Under the pieces are notes generated by a model, which saw only the letters and a list, made by a program, of their open reading frames with translations, did not search any database and was not told the origin of the DNA. 32,000 nt of DNA from Candidatus Heimdallarchaeota archaeon B3_Heim (GTDB lineage: Archaea; Asgardarchaeota; Heimdallarchaeia; Hodarchaeales; Hodarchaeaceae): positions 27,107-59,106 of the forward strand of contig NJBF01000029.1 in the NCBI GenBank assembly GCA_003144275.1, read 5' to 3'. This document shows, piece after piece, positions 8,530-17,643 of this stretch; position 1 is the stretch's first letter; every line of letters starts with the position of its first letter. Position numbers and translations under genes: made by a program.

Positions 8530-9219
8530 ATGTCAATACTAAGCGATACATTTTATATGATGAAAAAAGATCTAGTTCTAGAATTTCGAACAAGGGAGAC
8601 TCTTTTTGCAATGGGATTATTCTCTTTTGCCGCTGTATTGATTTTTTCGTCGTTATTCAACCTCATTGAAAATATCACACTTGAAGCTCAATATACGATC
8701 TCAACAGCTGCAATGTGGTTCATCGTTACCTTTACAATTATGTTAGGTTTAAATTCTATGTTTTCCAGAGAAACCCAGAAAAACTCAATTTACTCTCTGC
8801 TTTCTTTGCCTGTAAAACCCCAAGCAATCTTTTTGGCCAAACTTTTCTATCTGGTTGTAATTGTAGGTGTTGTCGAGATTTTTGCTTTTATTGTGGCAAT
8901 CGTATTTTTGAACATCTCCATTCAAGGAAGTCTTTTACTTTTTATCTTTGTATTAATTTTTGGGACATTAGATCTTGCTGTTGCAGGATGCGTTGTTTCT
9001 TTATTAACTATTTATGCGAAGTCAAAGACTTTAGCAATCCCAATACTCTTTTTCCCACTCATTCTTCCCTCGATAATTATTGCCGCAGATGCTACAAGAA
9101 ATTTGACATTTTATTACGATCCTACTGCAGTGATAACCAATGCACTGATCCTATTCCTCCATGCAGTTATTATTTCAGTATTAACTCTACTGTTGGTGGA
9201 GGATTTAATTTCAGAATAG
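8530..9219 (+). CDS. ccmB: Heme export ABC permease CcmB
   Basis: KKDLVLEFRTRE N-terminus, SMFSRE...LLSLPV..QAIFLAK, LAIPILFFPLILP; six TM helices. Confidence 0.88.
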   Translation: MSILSDTFYMMKKDLVLEFRTRETLFAMGLFSFAAVLIFSSLFNLIENITLEAQYTISTAAMWFIVTFTIMLGLNSMFSRETQKNSIYSLLSLPVKPQAIFLAKLFYLVVIVGVVEIFAFIVAIVFLNISIQGSLLLFIFVLIFGTLDLAVAGCVVSLLTIYAKSKTLAIPILFFPLILPSIIIAADATRNLTFYYDPTAVITNALILFLHAVIISVLTLLLVEDLISE

Positions 9220-9247
9220 GAATTTAAAATAGCCATAGAAAAAAGGG

Positions 9248-9283
9248 ATTCACCTAAGGATGAAATACTCCTTAGGAATGAAT
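9248..9283. terminator. Hairpin between convergent ccmB and gcvH, candidate bidirectional terminator
   Basis: cctaagga (9253-9260) and tccttagg (9269-9276) form a perfect 8-bp stem, extended by attca/tgaat. Confidence 0.5.
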
Positions 9284-9306
9284 GTTAAAATAAGAAGATT
9301 TGGTGG

Positions 9307-9693
9307 TTATGCACAGAAATCCTTGTATTCTGCAGGACTCATTAAATTTGCTAAATCAGCATCGAGATTGGAAGGTTTAACTCTTACTAGCCAGGATCCG
9401 AAAGGATCTTCATTTACATTTTCAGGAGCATCTTCTAATTCCTCATTAACTTCAGAAATCTCTCCAGATATGGGACTAAACACATCACTAACAGCTTTAA
9501 CACTTTCTACAGAGGTAAAGACTTCACCTTGTGTAACCGTATCTCCAACTTCGGGGAGTTCGACCATGACAATATCTTTTAATGAATCTTGGGCAAAATC
9601 AGAGATTCCGACTAAACAAGTACCATCATCTTCCACTCTAACCCATTGGTGTTCTTTATAGTATTTACATGAATCGTCAACTTCGGGGGACAT
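9307..9693 (-). CDS. gcvH: Glycine cleavage system H protein (lipoyl carrier)
   Basis: EHQWVRVE, VGISDFAQ, lipoyl-lysine motif ESVKAVSDVFSP, VNEDPFGSWL. Confidence 0.95.
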   Translation of the reverse strand: MSPEVDDSCKYYKEHQWVRVEDDGTCLVGISDFAQDSLKDIVMVELPEVGDTVTQGEVFTSVESVKAVSDVFSPISGEISEVNEELEDAPENVNEDPFGSWLVRVKPSNLDADLANLMSPAEYKDFCA

Positions 9694-9828
9694 AATTTAA
9701 CACATCTTTTCAAAAACTAATAATAACGTGACCTGATGAGATTGTGTCCTTAAAACATTTTTTAATTTATTCAATCTTTGCTATTGTTATGAAAAAGGTA
9801 CGTAGAGGCTACAAAACGATTATTAATC

Positions 9829-9880
9829 AAAGAATATATAAAGCCAGTAACTAAATCAGGTGACGTTTACTTTTTAGTTA
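9829..9880 (+). promoter_or_regulatory. Archaeal BRE/TATA promoter of the hdr operon, with a downstream inverted repeat
   Basis: aaagaa then TATATAAA (9835-9842), about 65 nt before the hdrC ATG; taactaaa (9848-9855) and tttagtta (9873-9880) form an 8-bp IR across the expected start site. Confidence 0.5.
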
Positions 9881-9907
9881 GCATTAGGGCTAGTAAATGT
9901 GATTTTC

Positions 9908-10543
9908 ATGGCTATAAAAACCTTTAATCTAAATACTGCCGATTTAAACTTTAAAAACGAAGTGGTGGCTGAAGAGGGTGGAGAACATCTGAAAAAGTGT
10001 TTTCAATGTTCCTCATGTACATTGACCTGTCCTGTTGCCGATGTGGGATTGGATCTTAACCCTCGTAATATAATTCGACAAGTCTTAATTGGAATGCGGA
10101 AAGAAGTTCTAGAATCTAAAGCTATCTGGCAATGTGTGGGATGTTTTGAATGTACGGATCGATGTCCACAAAATGTTCGCTTTACAGAGATTATTGAGGT
10201 TTTACGCCGAATTGCCGTTCGAGAATCAAAGAATAAGGACAAAAATAAGCGTATTCGGTTATCTAAAGAAGGAAAATTAAAACATTCATTTGATAAAAGG
10301 TTTACAGAGAGTGTTTGGCTCTGGGGTAGAACGTGGGAGCCAGAAATGATTGGGCGCTATTTTATGTATGGACGGGGCTTTCCCTTTGGTGCTTTGGTCG
10401 GATTTAAGTACATATCGATGATCGTGGGTATGATAGTCAAGTTTAAGATTGAATTCTTCCCACCATGGAACTCTAAAGCGAGAAAAGAGGTTCGTGCGAT
10501 TTTCAAAAAAGCAAAAAGGATAGAACAGGAGATAAGGGTATGA
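9908..10543 (+). CDS. hdrC: Heterodisulfide reductase subunit C
   Basis: CFQCSSCTLTCP and IWQCVGCFECTDRCPQNV. The ORF track starts at GTG 9899. Confidence 0.92.
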   Translation: MAIKTFNLNTADLNFKNEVVAEEGGEHLKKCFQCSSCTLTCPVADVGLDLNPRNIIRQVLIGMRKEVLESKAIWQCVGCFECTDRCPQNVRFTEIIEVLRRIAVRESKNKDKNKRIRLSKEGKLKHSFDKRFTESVWLWGRTWEPEMIGRYFMYGRGFPFGALVGFKYISMIVGMIVKFKIEFFPPWNSKARKEVRAIFKKAKRIEQEIRV

Positions 10544-11424
10544 AAGTCGGTTATTATCCAGGATGTTCACTCCACAAAGTGGCGAAGGAATATAATAAAT
10601 CAACCTACAAAATTGCAGAAAAGCTTGGGTTGGAGATGGAGGAGATAAAAGATTGGAACTGTTGTGGGGCATTGGAAGTTGAGGCGGGAAATCCACTCGC
10701 TGCAAAAGGTATAGTTGCTAGAAATCTAGCTTTAGCCGAGGAACAGAATTTTGATTTGCTAACAGCGGTATGTCCTGCCTGTACATACCAATTAATAAAT
10801 GTAAATCGGATGATGGAGGAAGATAAACAAAAAGCCGATGTAATTAACTCATTGATGGACAACAGGAACTATACTCCTGGTAGCGTGAAACCAATACACT
10901 TTCTACAATTACTTCGTGATAAAGTTGGATTAGAGAAAATCAAGGCACAAATTCTCCCAGGTAATCCTCTTGCAGGAAGAAAAGGTGTTTCTTATTATGG
11001 GTGCTTTTGTGTGCGCCCAAGCGACATTATCCAATTTGAAGATCCAGATAATCCTACATTTATGGATGATCTGATTAATGTTGTAGGGGCTGAAACTCCA
11101 CATTTTCCAATGAAAACAAAATGTTGTGGAGCTACTCAATTACTTGTAGCAAAACCTACTGTGGAAACTCTCACAGGAAATATCATTGTAAACGCCAAAG
11201 AAGTGGGTGCTGAATTCATTGTAGTTGCGTGCCAAATGTGTGCATTAGCCCTTGATGGCCAACAGAAACAAGCAATCAAAAGGGTAGGAGGAGGAGATTT
11301 CAAAATTCCTGTGTTATACTTCAGTCAATTACTTGGAATAGGAATGGGTCTCAGTTACAAGTCATTGGGACTTGGATCAAATTATGTTTCTCCCAAAAAA
11401 TTGATGAAACCTGTTAAAGTATGA
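10540..11424 (+). CDS. hdrB: Heterodisulfide reductase subunit B
   Basis: YYPGCSL, WNCCGA, VCPAC, YYGC, KCCGA, ACQMC: two CCG domains; overlaps the hdrC stop (ATGA). Confidence 0.93.
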   Translation: MKVGYYPGCSLHKVAKEYNKSTYKIAEKLGLEMEEIKDWNCCGALEVEAGNPLAAKGIVARNLALAEEQNFDLLTAVCPACTYQLINVNRMMEEDKQKADVINSLMDNRNYTPGSVKPIHFLQLLRDKVGLEKIKAQILPGNPLAGRKGVSYYGCFCVRPSDIIQFEDPDNPTFMDDLINVVGAETPHFPMKTKCCGATQLLVAKPTVETLTGNIIVNAKEVGAEFIVVACQMCALALDGQQKQAIKRVGGGDFKIPVLYFSQLLGIGMGLSYKSLGLGSNYVSPKKLMKPVKV

Positions 11425-11436
11425 GGAGATAAGATT

Positions 11437-12570
11437 ATGGTAATTTCAGAGAGTCCTGTAAAGTACGAACTTGATGTTAAATCTGATGAACTGAAATCAA
11501 TGTTACAGGCATGTTATCAATGTTCTTCCTGTACCAGTGCATGTCCAGTCAGAAGATTTTCGAAATTTAATCCAAGGAAAATTATTCACAATTATATATT
11601 TGATTTTCAAGTAACTGAAGATGAATTAACAGCTTGTTTGACATGTGGATTATGTCTGGAAGTTTGCCCTCAAAAAGTCGATTTTCCAGAATTTATACGC
11701 TTATCTCGTGAACAGCTAGGCGTGGATGAAGACAAGTTTGCTCATCATAATATTTTCAATATCATGCAGGTATTCATGAATGAAATGACCGATTCAGGGA
11801 TGAAATTTGATTATGAGGGAGAAATAGATCCAGAATCTTCAATTGCTTACTTCCCTGGATGTATTGATCTCTATGATAAGTTCCTAGATTTAAAAGAAAC
11901 GAGTTTTCATCAAATTGGCCAGAGTGCTATAAATGTGATCAACAAAACGGGTATTAAACCGAATTTACTGTCATTAAAATGTTGCGGTCACGATGCATAT
12001 TGGACTGGTGATATGGATGCATACGATCAGGTACGAGAATATAACACGAAAGTAATCAAGGAATCAGGAATATCCACCTTAGTTGTATCATGTGCTGAGT
12101 GCTATTATTCTTTTGAGGATTTGTATGACCTTGACAAGGTTAAAGTTCAGCATATATCACAGTTTATCGAAGAACGGCAGGATAAATTACAATTTAAGGA
12201 AGAGGCAACAACTCTGACCTATCATGACCCATGTCGATTGGGACGATTCATGAATGAATATGATAGCCCAAGAAATGTGTTAGAAGCTACTGGCGCCTCC
12301 ATTAAAGAACTCTCGTCAAATAAACAATTTACAAAATGCTGTGGAGTATCTGCTTGGTTACGATGTGATGATGCCTCACGAGCTATCATGTTACGGAAAC
12401 TAGAAGAGGCAACACAAGCAGTTGGAGAGGAAGGTACTCTAGGTGTTGCGTGCTCGAAGTGTTATGCACATCTAAATTGTGTCTTAGAGGATAAAAAACC
12501 TCAACACAATTTCAAAATCAAAGTCAAAGAACTAGGTATGATTGTTGATGAGAGGTCGAGTTCCAAATAG
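11437..12570 (+). CDS. HdrD-like (HdrC-HdrB fusion) Fe-S oxidoreductase
   Basis: CYQCSSCTSACP and CLTCGLCLEVCP followed by two CCG domains (FPGC, KCCGH, SCAEC, YHDPCRLGR, KCCG, ACSKC). Confidence 0.88.
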   Translation: MVISESPVKYELDVKSDELKSMLQACYQCSSCTSACPVRRFSKFNPRKIIHNYIFDFQVTEDELTACLTCGLCLEVCPQKVDFPEFIRLSREQLGVDEDKFAHHNIFNIMQVFMNEMTDSGMKFDYEGEIDPESSIAYFPGCIDLYDKFLDLKETSFHQIGQSAINVINKTGIKPNLLSLKCCGHDAYWTGDMDAYDQVREYNTKVIKESGISTLVVSCAECYYSFEDLYDLDKVKVQHISQFIEERQDKLQFKEEATTLTYHDPCRLGRFMNEYDSPRNVLEATGASIKELSSNKQFTKCCGVSAWLRCDDASRAIMLRKLEEATQAVGEEGTLGVACSKCYAHLNCVLEDKKPQHNFKIKVKELGMIVDERSSSK

Positions 12571-12588
12571 CAAATGAGAGGAAGAAAA

Positions 12589-15500
12589 ATGGCTGAAACA
12601 ATGTTAGGATCTGTAGCGGTGATAGGAGGAGGAATTGCTGGAATACAAGCCTCTTTAGACATGGCTGATCAAGGTTTTCTTGTATATCTTATTGAAAGCA
12701 ATCCATCAATCGGAGGAAGAATGGTACAATTAGATAAAACCTTTCCCACGTTAGATTGTGCAATGTGTATATTAGGGCCAAAATTAGTTGATGTTCAAAG
12801 ACATCCGAACATCCAGCTGCTGACTTATTGTGAACTAGAAACACTTTCAGGCACTCCTGGAAACTTCACTTTGAAATATCTAAAGAAAGCTCGTTATGTT
12901 GATGAAGAGAAATGTACGGGGTGTGGAGAATGTGAGGAAAACTGTCCGTACTATGTTGATGACGAGTTTAATGCTGGTCTGATGAGAAAAGACAAAAAAG
13001 GCCGAGATAAGCCAGCAAGGAAAAATGTCTCTATCCCCTTTCCTCAAGCTGTACCTAAGGTTGCATATATAGTACCTGAAACTTGTCGCTATCTTACAAA
13101 AGGAAAATGTGGTATATGTAAGAAGAAATGTGGTCCAGGAGCAATAAATTATGAACAAAAAGACGAGGAAAGGGAGATTCACGTTGGCGCGGTAATTGTA
13201 ACAACTGGCTTTGATCCATTTGATGCAAAAGAAATAAGTAGCCTTCACTTTGGCCAATACCCAAATGTAGTAACAACTATGCAATTTGAACGATTGCTTA
13301 ATGCCTCAGGACCTACCGGAGGAGAAGTTATCCGTCCCTCAGATCAAAAGCACCCGAAAAAGATAGCGTTTTTACAATGTGTGGGGTCACGAAATCCTTC
13401 TCTTAATAAAAATTATTGTTCTGCTGCGTGCTGCATGTATGCCATTAAGGAGGCAATTATGGCGAAAGAACATGATCCAAATGTCGAAGCGTATATTTAT
13501 TATATGGATATACGGGCTTTTGGTAAAGGGTTTGAGGAGTTTTACCAACGTGCAATCAACGAGTTTAATATTCATTTTATAAAATCAAGAGTAAGTGAAG
13601 TTCGAGAAAATCCAGAAAACAGAAATTTAATAATAAAATATGAAGATTTTAAAGGAACCCCAGGTATTTCCACAGAGGAAATGGACATGGTGGTCTTATC
13701 CACTGGATTAGATCCTTCTTCTCACTCAGAGTTTCTAAAAGAACGGTTGCATTTGGAGTTATCTGACACCGGTTTTGTTGTAACAGATCCGTTAAAACCT
13801 CTAGAAACTAATCAAGAAGGTGTTTTTGTGTGTGGAGTTGCATCCAGTCCAAAAGATATTCCTGACACTGTAGCCCAAGCAAGTGGTGCAGCAGCAAAAG
13901 CATCAATATTACTGAAAGACGCAAGAGGCACTGAAATTGAGGAAATTAAACTACCTCGCGCCATTAAAGTCAGTCCTACTGATGAACCACGGATCGGTGT
14001 ACTTGTTTGTCATTGTGGACATAATATAGGTTCAGTGGTTGATTGTAAAGAAGTAGCAGATTATGCTAAAAAATTCGATAATGTTGTTTATGCGAATGAT
14101 CCTATGTATGCTTGTGCAGCGGACTCTCAGGTGATGATTAAGGAAGCCATTAAAGAACATAAACTGAATCGGGTCATTGTTGCATCATGTACACCCCGGA
14201 CACATGAACCCTTATTTAGAAGTACACTTATTGAAGCAGGATTAAATGAATTCTTATTTGATCTTGTTAATTTACGTGAACAGGTTTCATGGGTTCATCC
14301 TCATCAAGAGGAGGAAGCAAATGAAAAGGCAAGAGATCTGGTTCGTGGTGCAATTACACGTGCCTGTGGTTTAGAACCTCTCTTTAAAGAAAAAATTCAT
14401 ATAATCAAAAAAGCAGTTGTTATTGGTGGAGGATGTGCTGGAATGACCAGTGCTCTTGACCTTGCAAGAGCAGGGTATCCTGTGTATCTGGTTGAAAAAG
14501 AGGATCAACTAGGAGGAGAACTCCTCAAGATACCTGAATTACATAATAGTTTGAAAGGGCCAGAAGTTGTCGAAAAGTTACGTAAAGAAATAGAAAATGA
14601 ACCTGAAATTTCTATATTCACAAATGCTAAACTAGAAGAACTTAGTGGCGCAGTGGGGAATTTTAAGGGAAAAATAAAGGGGAAAGAGATTCAATTTGGA
14701 GCAGTTATACTTGCTACAGGAGCAGAACCTTTCACACCAAATGGTTACTATAATTACGGGACTTCTTCCAATATCATTACTCAACGCGAGCTGGATGAAC
14801 GGTTTGATGAGGTCGATCCTCAAAATGTCGTAATGATTCAATGTGTTGGATCACGAGAAGATGAAGCTCCAAGATCCTATTGTTCTAGAATATGCTGTAC
14901 TGTTGCAATTAAGAATAGTATCCGAATTAAAGAGCGAAATCCTAATGCAAATGTTTTTGTTCTTTATAAAGATATTAGAACCTATGGTGATTTAGAAGAA
15001 TTATACCTGAAGGCAAGAGAACTGGGAACAATTTTCATTCGGTATACTGATGAACAAAAACCAACTGTAGATGCTGATGGCACTGTAACAGTTTTTGATG
15101 AGATGCTAGGAGTTAATTTACAGATAAAACCCGATCTAATTGTTCTTAGTGTTCCCCTAGTTCCAAAACCAAATGAAGAATTAAGTCAGATGTTTAAAGT
15201 ACCTCGTGGATCCGATAACTTCTTTTTAGAGGCACACGTGAAACTTCGACCAATAGATTTTGCCACAGATGGAATATTTCTTGCAGGCACGGCTCATTTT
15301 CCGAAATTTACCTCTGAAAGTATCTTTCAGGGAAGTGGTGCCGCTGTCAGGGTAATGGCCCTCTTAGCTAAAGGGTACATTTTGTCAGAAGGAGCGATAG
15401 CAATTGTCAATCAAGACGTATGTCGTGGTTGCGGGAGATGTGAAGAAGTGTGTCCATTCAAAGCAATCGAGCTTGAAGTAAAGACCATTAAGATGGAAAC

Positions 15501-15705
15501 CCAAGAGCTTAAAATGGTTAAAGCATATATAAATGAAGCAGTATGCAAGGGTTGTGGAACCTGCGTAGTTACTTGTCCAGTATCAGCAATTACAATTAAA
15601 CATTTCCCTGATAAGCTAATTGAATCTCAATTCGAATCAATACTCACAAAACCAGAATTTACTGAACAAATGGAGGCAGATATGTCGCAAGTGGAAGCTC
15701 CATAA
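12589..15705 (+). CDS. hdrA: Large HdrA-family flavo-iron-sulfur protein with two FAD domains
   Basis: GGGIAG and GGGCAG FAD motifs, DKTFPTLDC, two CVGSR...YCS..CC motifs, internal VLVCHCG/SCTPRTHEP domain, inserted and C-terminal ferredoxin motifs. The ORF track starts at 12574; the ATG at 12589 follows a GAGGA SD. Confidence 0.93.
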   Translation: MAETMLGSVAVIGGGIAGIQASLDMADQGFLVYLIESNPSIGGRMVQLDKTFPTLDCAMCILGPKLVDVQRHPNIQLLTYCELETLSGTPGNFTLKYLKKARYVDEEKCTGCGECEENCPYYVDDEFNAGLMRKDKKGRDKPARKNVSIPFPQAVPKVAYIVPETCRYLTKGKCGICKKKCGPGAINYEQKDEEREIHVGAVIVTTGFDPFDAKEISSLHFGQYPNVVTTMQFERLLNASGPTGGEVIRPSDQKHPKKIAFLQCVGSRNPSLNKNYCSAACCMYAIKEAIMAKEHDPNVEAYIYYMDIRAFGKGFEEFYQRAINEFNIHFIKSRVSEVRENPENRNLIIKYEDFKGTPGISTEEMDMVVLSTGLDPSSHSEFLKERLHLELSDTGFVVTDPLKPLETNQEGVFVCGVASSPKDIPDTVAQASGAAAKASILLKDARGTEIEEIKLPRAIKVSPTDEPRIGVLVCHCGHNIGSVVDCKEVADYAKKFDNVVYANDPMYACAADSQVMIKEAIKEHKLNRVIVASCTPRTHEPLFRSTLIEAGLNEFLFDLVNLREQVSWVHPHQEEEANEKARDLVRGAITRACGLEPLFKEKIHIIKKAVVIGGGCAGMTSALDLARAGYPVYLVEKEDQLGGELLKIPELHNSLKGPEVVEKLRKEIENEPEISIFTNAKLEELSGAVGNFKGKIKGKEIQFGAVILATGAEPFTPNGYYNYGTSSNIITQRELDERFDEVDPQNVVMIQCVGSREDEAPRSYCSRICCTVAIKNSIRIKERNPNANVFVLYKDIRTYGDLEELYLKARELGTIFIRYTDEQKPTVDADGTVTVFDEMLGVNLQIKPDLIVLSVPLVPKPNEELSQMFKVPRGSDNFFLEAHVKLRPIDFATDGIFLAGTAHFPKFTSESIFQGSGAAVRVMALLAKGYILSEGAIAIVNQDVCRGCGRCEEVCPFKAIELEVKTIKMETQELKMVKAYINEAVCKGCGTCVVTCPVSAITIKHFPDKLIESQFESILTKPEFTEQMEADMSQVEAP

Positions 15706-15715
15706 CAACTAGAGG

Positions 15716-16162
15716 ATGAAGAAAATGACCCAAGCTGAAACAACTACCTCAATTAAAGTTTTTGAACCAACAATCATTGTATTTGCCTGTAATTGGTGTT
15801 CTTACGCTGGTGCCGATTTAGCTGGTGTATCACGATTAAAATATCCAAGTAATATCCGAATTGTCCGTGTTATGTGTTCTGGACGAGTAGATCCTGCGTT
15901 TGTAATGAAGGCTTTCTTGAAAGGAGCTGATGGAGTTATGGTTGCAGGCTGTCACCCTGGAGATTGTCATTATTTGGAGGGTAATTTACGAGCGAAAGAG
16001 CGTATTGATAAAATGGTCGAAGCCATGAAAATCCTTGGCTTTGAGAAGGATCGTTTTCGTCTGGAGTGGATCTCAGCCAGTGAAGGTAAACGTTTTGCCC
16101 AAATCATGACCGAATTCACAGAGCAAGTACGTACCCTCGGACCGATAAAGAAATCTGAATAA
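15716..16162 (+). CDS. mvhD: MvhD ([2Fe-2S] hydrogenase/Hdr-associated delta subunit)
   Basis: FACNWCSYAGAD, RVMCSGRVDP, GCHPGDCHY, WISASEG. Confidence 0.95.
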   Translation: MKKMTQAETTTSIKVFEPTIIVFACNWCSYAGADLAGVSRLKYPSNIRIVRVMCSGRVDPAFVMKAFLKGADGVMVAGCHPGDCHYLEGNLRAKERIDKMVEAMKILGFEKDRFRLEWISASEGKRFAQIMTEFTEQVRTLGPIKKSE

Positions 16163-16208
16163 ATCGGTTTAGGAGGTTTCTCCCCTCTTGTTTTTTGCGT
16201 TTTCTATC

Positions 16209-17105
16209 TTAACTGAGGCCGTACACTTGTTTGGGTGCTAAATAGTCTGGGAATTTGTCTATTAAGGCTTTACGAACTGTAAAACAAAGGTGACAGTGAT
16301 CAATAAACTGTTCATCTTTAAACATACTAAATTCTCTTGCCAATTGAGCTGGACCGCCTTCTATTAATGGTCTACAAACAGGATGAGATTTTCCATCGTA
16401 TTCAATTGCTAGTTTCGATAGAGGGGTTTTCCAGATATTACCCATACTCAATCCTTGACAAATATGAACATGTCCGTAGGTATCGAGATGAACTCTTTGA
16501 GGGTTTTCTAAGTCTTCATAGGGACATTCTGTAAATTCACTCCAATGTTTAGTAGGTAGATCTTCTGTTAAAGTTTCAGTAGCACGCCCTCTAAACATTA
16601 CTCCTCCTCCTACGACAGGAGCTCCCCTTTCTTGCTCCTGTTTATCCGTAATTGAAGGACTTTCAATACATATCGAATCTCCGGGTAGCTTCAGGTTGTT
16701 TAATGCCTTAAGTGCATTTACAGCAAAGTTTTCTTGTTCTTCACCATAATGAAAAAGATCATTACTTATACTGATGTCAGAAATCCCGAGTTCCAAAAGT
16801 GCGTGTAGCCAAAGTTCTGCATCTGCTACTGAGGTTGCCCAATAGCCATTGGTAACGATTCCAGTCTTAAGGCCCATATTTTTAGCCATTTTAATACCTT
16901 CTAGCATCTGTGCATAGTATAAAAAGGGTTCTCCCCCTTCAAAATACACGAAGGAAAGAGTATCAATATTTTTGAAGTCTAAAAATACTTTTTCCAATTG
17001 CTTGTGAGTAAAGGTACCTTTGGATGAAGGACTACAGTATAAAAAACAATGATCACATTCAAAAAGACACGTATAAGTGAATAAAAAATGAACAGAACTT
17101 ACCAT
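16209..17105 (-). CDS. Radical SAM protein, function unknown
   Basis: CLFECDHC (CxxxCxxC), FEGGEPF, IVTNG; C-terminal SPASM/twitch-like cysteines (ECP, HICQG, HCHLC). Confidence 0.85.
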   Translation of the reverse strand: MVSSVHFLFTYTCLFECDHCFLYCSPSSKGTFTHKQLEKVFLDFKNIDTLSFVYFEGGEPFLYYAQMLEGIKMAKNMGLKTGIVTNGYWATSVADAELWLHALLELGISDISISNDLFHYGEEQENFAVNALKALNNLKLPGDSICIESPSITDKQEQERGAPVVGGGVMFRGRATETLTEDLPTKHWSEFTECPYEDLENPQRVHLDTYGHVHICQGLSMGNIWKTPLSKLAIEYDGKSHPVCRPLIEGGPAQLAREFSMFKDEQFIDHCHLCFTVRKALIDKFPDYLAPKQVYGLS

Positions 17106-17248
17106 AACAAACCCACATAATGTACTTCGATTATCGTTTTGTCCAATATGATATTAAACCTTGTTATGTGGTATTCAAGATAGATACAATTTATTTTAAT
17201 TTATCCACTCAGGCATTCATTGATCATTTAAAAAGGAAAACAAGTATA

Positions 17249-17374
17249 TTGAGCGAATCAAAAAGATTGGCTGTTCTAGGGGTTGGAAATTCTATCAGAA
17301 TGGATGATGGAGCTGGAATACAAGTAATTGAGAGTTTTTAACAGGATGGAAATTTGCAGAAATTTCCCATTTAG
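17249..17374 (+). pseudogene. 5' remnant of a hydrogenase maturation endopeptidase (HycI/HybD family)
   Basis: KRLAVLGVGNSIRMDDGAGIQVIESF matches the family N-terminus (GxGNxxxxDDGxG), then TAA at 17339-17341 and TAG TAA at 17372-17377; the rest of the fold is not recognisable. Confidence 0.75.
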
Positions 17375-17579
17375 TAAGTGAGTTCAATGTGCATAATTGA
17401 AAGCGAAAAGATTCGAATTCGCCAATATTTATTGAAAAAATGTACAATATTGTTGGATATTAAATATCTTACTTGATGTAATATTTATCTGTTTCTAAAT
17501 CCAAAAATATACCATTATTCATGAAAAGAAAGCAATTTTTGTACATATGATTTATATATCCGTCATGTACATCTTTACC

Positions 17580-17595
17580 TGACCTATAAAGGTCA
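17580..17595. promoter_or_regulatory. 6-4-6 palindrome, candidate operator
   Basis: tgacct-ataa-aggtca, perfect, about 50 nt upstream of the 17644 ORF, with a TATA-like ctataaa in its centre. Confidence 0.3.
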
Positions 17596-17643
17596 CTAAC
17601 AATCTAGATGTCAAATAAAAAGTATTAAAGAGGATGATAGGAT

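Noticed and set aside
9307-9693. Calling the lipoyl carrier an sHdr-type LbpA
   Set aside because: The motif is the classical GcvH ESVKAVSD, and no sulfur-transfer genes (tusA, dsrE) are nearby.
12589-16162. Selenocysteine recoding in HdrA or MvhD, known in some archaea
   Set aside because: Both frames are fully open, with Cys codons in DCAMC and CNWC; no in-frame TGA.
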